Positions 57,996 through 64,000 of a DNA stretch of 64,000 bases are shown here, piece after piece. This DNA comes from a virus. The notes under the pieces were generated by a model. The model made no database searches, was not told the origin of the DNA, and saw nothing but the letters and a program-made list of their open reading frames with translations. The stretch lies in IMG/VR virus record IMGVR_UViG_3300009130_000016, positions 18,902 to 82,901 of that record, one strand, 5' to 3'. The position numbers and the translations under genes were made by a program. Position 1 is the first letter of the stretch, and every line of letters begins with the position of its first letter.

Positions 57996-58301
57996 ATGAA
58001 AGATAAATTGATACTTAGTTTTTATATCGACATAAGAGAGGTGGAAGATCATAGCGTTCAAAATTACCTTAATCAGGTTAAGGAGGTTATGTCAAACCAA
58101 ATAGCTTCTCAGGGTGATGACGGTGTTATGGCCTTCTTTATTCCAATTAAAGGAGAGTCGAGAATTGATTGTGTAAACCCAGTGTTGGTTACAGAAGAAG
58201 AAGCGATTAGCAGATTCAACAAAGCAATGGAAGAGTTGCAGAAATTAAATTTTAAACTTCAAGAAAAAACAATAGAAAAAGATGAAAAAGCCGAAGAGTA
58301 A
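57996..58301 (+). CDS. Hypothetical protein
   Basis: 101 aa with an FFIP...SRIDCVNP motif. Confidence 0.65.
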   Translation: MKDKLILSFYIDIREVEDHSVQNYLNQVKEVMSNQIASQGDDGVMAFFIPIKGESRIDCVNPVLVTEEEAISRFNKAMEELQKLNFKLQEKTIEKDEKAEE

Positions 58302-58482
58302 AGCGAAACAGCTTGCAGCACAAAAAAGAGCTGCAAAAAGAAACAGAAGAGATATCAGAGTTAGAAATGAAGCTCATCTCAGAAGACAAAGGTTAGAACA
58401 AGATCTACATAAACAAAAGAAATTTTTAGAGGAACTTGAAAAAGCTCAAGAGAAATTCCAAGAATCTAACGGTATTGGATAA
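58282..58482 (+). CDS. Small basic coiled-coil protein
   Basis: 66 aa, K/R-rich, overlaps the upstream gene. Confidence 0.55.
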   Translation: MKKPKSKAKQLAAQKRAAKRNRRDIRVRNEAHLRRQRLEQDLHKQKKFLEELEKAQEKFQESNGIG

Positions 58483-58502
58483 CTAAAATTTTATCATAAC
58501 AG

Positions 58503-58535
58503 AAAGCCTTTTTTTATTGAAAAGGCTTTTTTTTT
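58503..58535 (+). terminator. Intrinsic terminator
   Basis: aaagcctttt...aaaaggcttt followed by a T run. Confidence 0.65.
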
Positions 58536-58549
58536 GACTATTTATAAGT

Positions 58550-58975
58550 ATGAACAAGAGAGTTATATCTGAGGATAGAGTTAAAGAATTAGTTAATGAA
58601 GTAGTAGAAAGATTCATTAAAGAGCAACAACCTGTGCTTCCTCAAAAAAAAGTAGCTGCAGTGTCAAGACCTGATAATGTAGCGGTGGCAAAGAAAACAC
58701 CAACACAAAAAAGTGCAACAGTGGCTTCCTCTGAAGTCCCAATGGCTAAACCTAAACCAAAGGCAACAGTTGTCAAATTTGACACCAACACCGAAGATTC
58801 TTACACTGTAAAGTTTTCAGAAAGAGGTTTTTCAATCGGTGGTACAAGGTTAAGTTTTGAAACATTGAAAAATGCATTATCTAAAGGGTACAACATAGTT
58901 CTTGACAGTGGTCAAGGATTAGAGTTAACACCTGTTAGAATGCAACAAATCTTAAAGTACGAAGACAAGTACTAG
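58550..58975 (+). CDS. Hypothetical late protein (possible internal head protein)
   Basis: TATTTATA at 58539; N-terminal ISEDRVKELVNEVV..FIKEQ motif. Confidence 0.65.
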   Translation: MNKRVISEDRVKELVNEVVERFIKEQQPVLPQKKVAAVSRPDNVAVAKKTPTQKSATVASSEVPMAKPKPKATVVKFDTNTEDSYTVKFSERGFSIGGTRLSFETLKNALSKGYNIVLDSGQGLELTPVRMQQILKYEDKY

Positions 58976-59118
58976 TTTTTAAAATACCGTTAAACGTAAT
59001 AAATCAAACTTTTGTTTCATATTTTATGTGAAATAAGGCATTTTATGCTCTATTTTTATAATATATTTGGAATAGAGCCTGGTTTTTTGTAATTTAGTGG
59101 TAATAACTGCGAATAAAT

Positions 59119-59436
59119 ATGGTAGAAATAAAAGAAACAAATCCAGAACAAGGAGTGGCCACAGTGAACACTACAACAAAAAGTACTCAAGAGGTAGCAA
59201 AAGAGGGTAAAGACACTTATCTTCGAGTGAAAGATGAACAAGATGGAACTGTGTTAGAGTTAGATCTTATGTTTGTTAGACAAAAGGGGGAATCGTATCA
59301 GTCGTTAGACATAGCTTTCACAAGCAAAGAGGGTGTCAACAATCAGCAAGTAGAAGTTGTTCATAGAAAATCTATTAACTCTAAAAAAGACTTTGAGGCT
59401 TTGAAAGAATTTTTTTCTAAATTATCTTGGGATTAA
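59119..59436 (+). CDS. Hypothetical protein
   Basis: 105 aa; TAATG coupling to the sigma gene. Confidence 0.6.
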   Translation: MVEIKETNPEQGVATVNTTTKSTQEVAKEGKDTYLRVKDEQDGTVLELDLMFVRQKGESYQSLDIAFTSKEGVNNQQVEVVHRKSINSKKDFEALKEFFSKLSWD

Positions 59437-60305
59437 TGGAGGTGGAAAGAGAACAAACTAACATGGGTGATGATGCAAAATCATTGTCGGCCTTTCAGAA
59501 AGATTTAAGAAAATTTGAACCCCTTAGTGGTGAGGAACAGGTTAGGTTAGCTGTACTAGCTAAGAACGGAGACATGAAAGCTCAAGATCTGTTGGTAACA
59601 TCGAATCAGAGGTTTATCGTAAAGATCACAAGTGAGTATCAAAACTCTACAATGAGTGTTCTTGATCTGGTAAACGAGGGAACAATTGGATTGATAAGAT
59701 CAATCTCAAAGTTTGACGAAACAAAAGGCATTAAATTTTTATCTTATGCAGTTTGGTGGATTAGACAAGCAATGTTCCAAGCGTGTTATGAGAATGGGGA
59801 TACAGTAAGACTTCCAGTTAACAGAATCAACGCTATCAACAAGGTTACGAAAGTAAGAGAGATGTTATCTCAACAATTACAAAGAGAACCGACACTCGAA
59901 GAAATTTGTGAACATTCAGGAATTGATGAAGGAGATGTGTTTGGTACATTGAATGGAAACATATCAATGTCATTAGATACAAAGGTTACTGGAGACAGCG
60001 AAATGTCTTTAATTGATGTCATGGAAGGTAGTAATCATAACGAGATTGAGAATGGGCTTAACAAAGAGTCTTTGATCGATGAAATTAATGATGTATTATC
60101 TGCATTGCCACAAAGAGAAAACGAGATCATGAATATGTATTTCGGTCTTAATGGGCATCAACATAAAACCCTAAAGGAAATTGGGGAAGACTTAGGTCTA
60201 ACTAATGAGAGGGTTAGACAAATAAAAGAGTCGGTAATTAAAAAATTAAGAAGTCACAGCAAAAGCTCCAGGTTAAGAGAATTTTTAAATGTTAAAGTTA
60301 ATTGA
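59436..60305 (+). CDS. RNA polymerase sigma-70 family factor (RpoD/RpoS-like regions 1.2-4)
   Basis: LVTSNQRFIV, DLVNEG.IGL....KFD..KG.KFLSYAVWWIRQA, VRLPVN, TLKEIGEDLGLTNERVRQI. Confidence 0.93.
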   Translation: MEVEREQTNMGDDAKSLSAFQKDLRKFEPLSGEEQVRLAVLAKNGDMKAQDLLVTSNQRFIVKITSEYQNSTMSVLDLVNEGTIGLIRSISKFDETKGIKFLSYAVWWIRQAMFQACYENGDTVRLPVNRINAINKVTKVREMLSQQLQREPTLEEICEHSGIDEGDVFGTLNGNISMSLDTKVTGDSEMSLIDVMEGSNHNEIENGLNKESLIDEINDVLSALPQRENEIMNMYFGLNGHQHKTLKEIGEDLGLTNERVRQIKESVIKKLRSHSKSSRLREFLNVKVN

Positions 60306-60594
60306 TTTAAATTACGACAATATAGACGATGGTCTATATGAATTAGAAGTGTCGTATTACGAGCTTTTATTTAATAAAGAAATGGGGGATGGTGTGGTTT
60401 TTGAATCTGGCACCAGACTCCGAATGCTAAGTGGCGTTGAAGACAAACAGTTTTTCGTAGAAACAGTTAATGGTGATAAAAGTCTCTTCTGGGCGTGTGA
60501 ACATGAGGTGAAATTTTTGGAAAGCAAAATTGAAAATTGGAATAGCGATAACGTCAAACTTTTAAAGAAATATATCCATAACGATTTTTTGTAG
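60289..60594 (+). CDS. Hypothetical protein
   Basis: 101-aa ORF overlapping the end of the sigma gene. Confidence 0.55.
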   Translation: MLKLIDLNYDNIDDGLYELEVSYYELLFNKEMGDGVVFESGTRLRMLSGVEDKQFFVETVNGDKSLFWACEHEVKFLESKIENWNSDNVKLLKKYIHNDFL

Positions 60595-60623
60595 AGTCAT
60601 TAATTTTACTTAATTTTGTTCAC

Positions 60624-61445
60624 ATGGAATTGAGTATTAAAAATAACAAGCCTATTGTGTTTATTAAGGTACAAACCACAGGCTTAAAGTCCGAAGAGGA
60701 CAGGATTGTAGAATTGGCTCTTGTTAAGTTCGAAAAGGAGAAGACCCCAGTGAAAGTCGTCAGGAGATTCAATCCTGGAATCGACATACCAGAAGAATCT
60801 AGTAAATACAGTGGTATCACAGACAAAGATGTTCAAGACGAACCATCTTTCGAAGAAAAGGCAGGAGGAATCCTTGGTTTTATTGAAGGGTGTGATTTCA
60901 TCGGATTCAACATTAGAAATTTCGACATCCCTTTTCTAAGTGCAGAATTTGTACGTTCAGGAGAAAATTTCTCTACTTATGGGAGAAAGTTTATTGACCT
61001 AAAGAGCTTTTATCAAAGAATTGAAGCACGTAACTTTAAAAATGCTGTTAAGAGATTTATTGGCTTGGACATTGAAGACCAGATTAGTTCAGAAGATTTC
61101 TTAAAGCACTCTATTAATCTTTTCAACAGTATGTTGGATAATTCTGAGAATCAAGAGTTAGAAACTGGAGAGGTTGTTATTTCAGATTTTAATACTCTTT
61201 CTCAACTGTTTGACCCTTACTACGGTTCATTAGATGTTGATGGTAAGATAGTTTTAAACAAAGACCGAAGGCCAGTTTTTTCTTTTGGTAAACACAAGAA
61301 TAAATTGTTAGCAGACGTTTTCTTAAAAGAAGATCAAGGGTACTTCAACTGGATTGTGGATGTAAGCGATTTTTCTCATGACACAAAAAATGTGGTAAAG
61401 GAAATTTACAAGAAAGCAAAGAAACACGCAGAACAAATGGCTTAA
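60624..61445 (+). CDS. DnaQ-like DEDDh exonuclease homolog with degenerate catalytic motifs
   Basis: PIVFIKVQTTGL (canonical FFDLETTG), DRIVELA, NPG..IP, GFN..NFDIPFL..EF, C-terminal FSFGKHK...GYF.WI; TAATTTTG at 60611. Confidence 0.8.
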   Translation: MELSIKNNKPIVFIKVQTTGLKSEEDRIVELALVKFEKEKTPVKVVRRFNPGIDIPEESSKYSGITDKDVQDEPSFEEKAGGILGFIEGCDFIGFNIRNFDIPFLSAEFVRSGENFSTYGRKFIDLKSFYQRIEARNFKNAVKRFIGLDIEDQISSEDFLKHSINLFNSMLDNSENQELETGEVVISDFNTLSQLFDPYYGSLDVDGKIVLNKDRRPVFSFGKHKNKLLADVFLKEDQGYFNWIVDVSDFSHDTKNVVKEIYKKAKKHAEQMA

Positions 61446-61476
61446 AGCCATTTGTTTTAAACAACAAAATATACGC

Positions 61477-63000
61477 ATGGCAAAAAAGAAACAAGTATCT
61501 GTGGCTTCGAATCAAATAGATTTATTTGCTGAAGCAGAGGCCGAAAAGAATAAGCCTAACTTTACTGATGAGCAAAAAGAGTTTATTCAGTATACTGGGA
61601 AGGATTCAGTGATTCTATCTGCCACTGCAGGTTCTGGAAAAACTTATAGTTGTGTTGAGAGACTTAGGTTTTTGGTGGAAAGCGGTGTTGATCCAACACG
61701 TATTATATTTTTCAGTTTTACAAAAGCTGCAACAGAAGAGCTTAGAAAAAGAATTGGTCGTGATGACATTGAGATTAGGACTATTCACTCTTATTGCGGA
61801 AAAGTTCTTACAAGAATACAAAAAGGTAAGGAGATTGTAGATTACATGAAGTTTATTGCTTGGTTTAAGAAAAAGAATAAACCATCTAAATATGCACCGA
61901 CTGAAGATAAAGTTGAGTTCGAGGACCGAATCTCAAGAATGTACGAAGAATCTCAATACAACAGTTCTCAAATATCTGCATACAAATTGCAAAAGGAGTC
62001 TGGTATAAAATGTAAGCTACCTGACCTTTGGAGGGATTATGTCGATTTCTTAAGAGAGTCTAAGGCAAGGGATATGACAGACTTGTTAATTGATGTTAGT
62101 AAGTTCTTCAAAGATGATTGGTACTTAAGAAAGTTCAAAAACAAATATGATTACATTTTTGTTGATGAGTATCAAGATACTTCTACTATTCAAATGGAAG
62201 TGTTGTTGGCTTTAAATGCTAAGTATTACTATTTGATTGGTGATATCTCTCAATCTATTTTTGGATTCAGTGGAGCTAATTGTAAAGCTATTGAGGAGTT
62301 ACTTAAGAAAAGGCGAAAGGTAAATACTATGAACCTTTCTATGAACTTCCGTAGTGACATTGCTGTCATCCGTAACTCTAATCTGTATACGGAGCTACAG
62401 GCGACTCCTAGTAGTACCGTAGAAGGAAAGGTGGACACAACATTAATGTTTATGTTGGATCAGCTTATAGAGATATTAAAAGGCCCTGGAGAGGTTGCTG
62501 TATTGGCTAGAACAAATGATACAATCAAGAAACTTGAGTATCAATTGCTCAAAAGGCAAATACCTATGAGGTATTCTAATTATATCACCGAGGAAGACAT
62601 TAAAGATTTCAAGAAGGGTGATAAAATGAGGCCTCAAACAAAGGCGAAGTTCTCAAGGCTAAAAGAGTTTTATAACGGTAGTATGACCGCTGTATCTAAC
62701 TTTATAAGAGGGTGTCATGACAGCAAGAAGTTTATTACTTCGATACATAAGAGTAAAGGTCTGGAATGGGACACTTGTGTAGTGGTTAATTCTATATCTC
62801 CAACGGTTCTTGAGACAACTGGTCTTGTTGGTTCACAAGAAGATTTGATTAACGAAGACTACGGAAAGTTAACCAAGAAACAATTTGAGAAAATATCATT
62901 TAAGTTAGATGATGAGAAATACGAGGAAGCTAGAAATATCCACTACGTTGGTGTTTCAAGATCTAAGCATAATTTGTACTTTATGATTTACGGTTTTTAA
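61477..63000 (+). CDS. UvrD/Rep-like SF1 helicase
   Basis: ATAGSGKT, FSFTKAA, TIHS, VDEYQD, GD..QSIFGF.GA, NFRS, SIHKSKGLEW, YVGVSRSK. Confidence 0.93.
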   Translation: MAKKKQVSVASNQIDLFAEAEAEKNKPNFTDEQKEFIQYTGKDSVILSATAGSGKTYSCVERLRFLVESGVDPTRIIFFSFTKAATEELRKRIGRDDIEIRTIHSYCGKVLTRIQKGKEIVDYMKFIAWFKKKNKPSKYAPTEDKVEFEDRISRMYEESQYNSSQISAYKLQKESGIKCKLPDLWRDYVDFLRESKARDMTDLLIDVSKFFKDDWYLRKFKNKYDYIFVDEYQDTSTIQMEVLLALNAKYYYLIGDISQSIFGFSGANCKAIEELLKKRRKVNTMNLSMNFRSDIAVIRNSNLYTELQATPSSTVEGKVDTTLMFMLDQLIEILKGPGEVAVLARTNDTIKKLEYQLLKRQIPMRYSNYITEEDIKDFKKGDKMRPQTKAKFSRLKEFYNGSMTAVSNFIRGCHDSKKFITSIHKSKGLEWDTCVVVNSISPTVLETTGLVGSQEDLINEDYGKLTKKQFEKISFKLDDEKYEEARNIHYVGVSRSKHNLYFMIYGF

Positions 63001-63002
63001 TT

Positions 63003-63509
63003 ATGAAAAAGTCAAAGGACGAAATAAAAAAGGTGTTGGAAAAATATTCTAACATAGAAGAAAGAATAAAGAAGACAGTTGTTCACACATCTTCAAAAGA
63101 TATTGTGGGAAATGTTGTTAAAAACACTTTTGTTGTATATGTTGGCAGTTATATGTATGCCATAACAGAATATGAGGGAGGATCGTTTTTCGGATTCAAA
63201 GTGTCTCAATGTAGTGGGTCTATGGACGTTGGAGCAATACCACCATTTAACATAATGGAGGCTGCTAAGGAACATGCAGATTCAGGGTTTTCTGGTGGAG
63301 TAGAATCTTTAACTGAATTGTATATGTCAATTGGTATATTACCAATTGATGAGATGAATTTCATCAATGAAAACTACAAGATTCTTTTTAATAGTGCTAA
63401 CAATGAATTGAAGAAAGAAAGGCTTCAGTATGCAATTTCACAAGCTGTTAAGAAAGAAGATTTTAAACAGGCTTCAGAATTAAAAGATAAGTTAGATGAG
63501 CTTGACTAA
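63003..63509 (+). CDS. Protein with C-terminal UVR (UvrB/UvrC) coiled-coil motif
   Basis: LQYAISQAVKKEDFKQASELKDKL. Confidence 0.65.
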   Translation: MKKSKDEIKKVLEKYSNIEERIKKTVVHTSSKDIVGNVVKNTFVVYVGSYMYAITEYEGGSFFGFKVSQCSGSMDVGAIPPFNIMEAAKEHADSGFSGGVESLTELYMSIGILPIDEMNFINENYKILFNSANNELKKERLQYAISQAVKKEDFKQASELKDKLDELD

Positions 63510-63990
63510 TACTGTTCAGAGTTTCCTAAAGGAAGGAAAGGAAAAGGAAGATGAGTTTGCTAAGTTGCTCGGAGGGGCAACTAAGGCTACTCAGAAAGAA
63601 GATATGTCTGAGCATTGGGATATTAAGATCCAAAAAGAGGTTCGTATTGATGTAAAGGCTATAAAGAGAGATAGGAGAAGTGGGGGATACAATGAAGACA
63701 TTCATTGGGTCGAATTGCAAGCTGTCTCTTCAGGTGGAAAGGTGAGAAAGGGGTGGCTATACGGAAACGCCACCCACTTTGCATTTGAGACTTGTAAATA
63801 TTGGATTATTGTTGAAAAAATGTCTTTACAAGTTCTTATCTCCGACCTATGTAAGAGCAAGGTGAGAACCAGCAATGCTGGTGACGCTCTTTACAAGTTG
63901 TATAGCCGTAGTGGAAGGAAAGATTTAATAACTAAAATTAAGACTATTGATCTGTGTTTTATAGCGGAATCAATGATCAAGAAGTCTTAA
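63496..63990 (+). CDS. PD-(D/E)xK-family nuclease
   Basis: G...E..F, EHWD......IDVK, WVEL......GWLYG.A...AF. Confidence 0.65.
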   Translation: MSLTNTVQSFLKEGKEKEDEFAKLLGGATKATQKEDMSEHWDIKIQKEVRIDVKAIKRDRRSGGYNEDIHWVELQAVSSGGKVRKGWLYGNATHFAFETCKYWIIVEKMSLQVLISDLCKSKVRTSNAGDALYKLYSRSGRKDLITKIKTIDLCFIAESMIKKS

Positions 63991-64000
63991 TTAAGTTATT

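Noticed and set aside
1-64000. Stop-codon reassignment as seen in some large Bacteroidota phages
   Set aside because: Conserved genes are full length in code 11, and TAG and TGA occur at natural gene ends.
1-64000. tRNA, rRNA, integrase or transposase genes
   Set aside because: None recognised by eye and intergenic spaces are short; tRNAscan-SE would be needed to exclude tRNAs formally.

Overview
64-kb segment of a large, AT-rich, T4-like myovirus (probably jumbo-size), using the standard genetic code. The host is most likely a Bacteroidota: there are TAnnTTTG promoters, A-rich starts without Shine-Dalgarno sequences, an exonuclease-fused DnaE and a [12 protein letters not shown]-type NrdA. 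Gene order is: scaffold, major capsid, neck, a small minus-strand accessory island, tail terminator, sheath, inverted tail tube, patatin phospholipase, terminase, intein-containing portal, DnaE, RNase HI, putative internal head proteins, baseplate chaperones, tape measure, baseplate/hub and M15 peptidase. A replication block follows: family-A polymerase core, RecA/UvsX, 5'-3' exonuclease, DnaB-like helicase, NrdB, NrdA, sigma-70, a degenerate DnaQ and UvrD. The main finding is that nrdA is fractured in its specificity loop by a naturally split intein whose C-extein begins with Gly, so there is no +1 nucleophile. A free-standing PD-(D/E)xK endonuclease gene lies between the two halves; its start codon is locked in a 14-bp hairpin whose loop carries the phage's putative late-promoter motif. 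Three distinct promoter classes can be read from the intergenic DNA. All product calls come from motif recognition by eye; no database searches were run.
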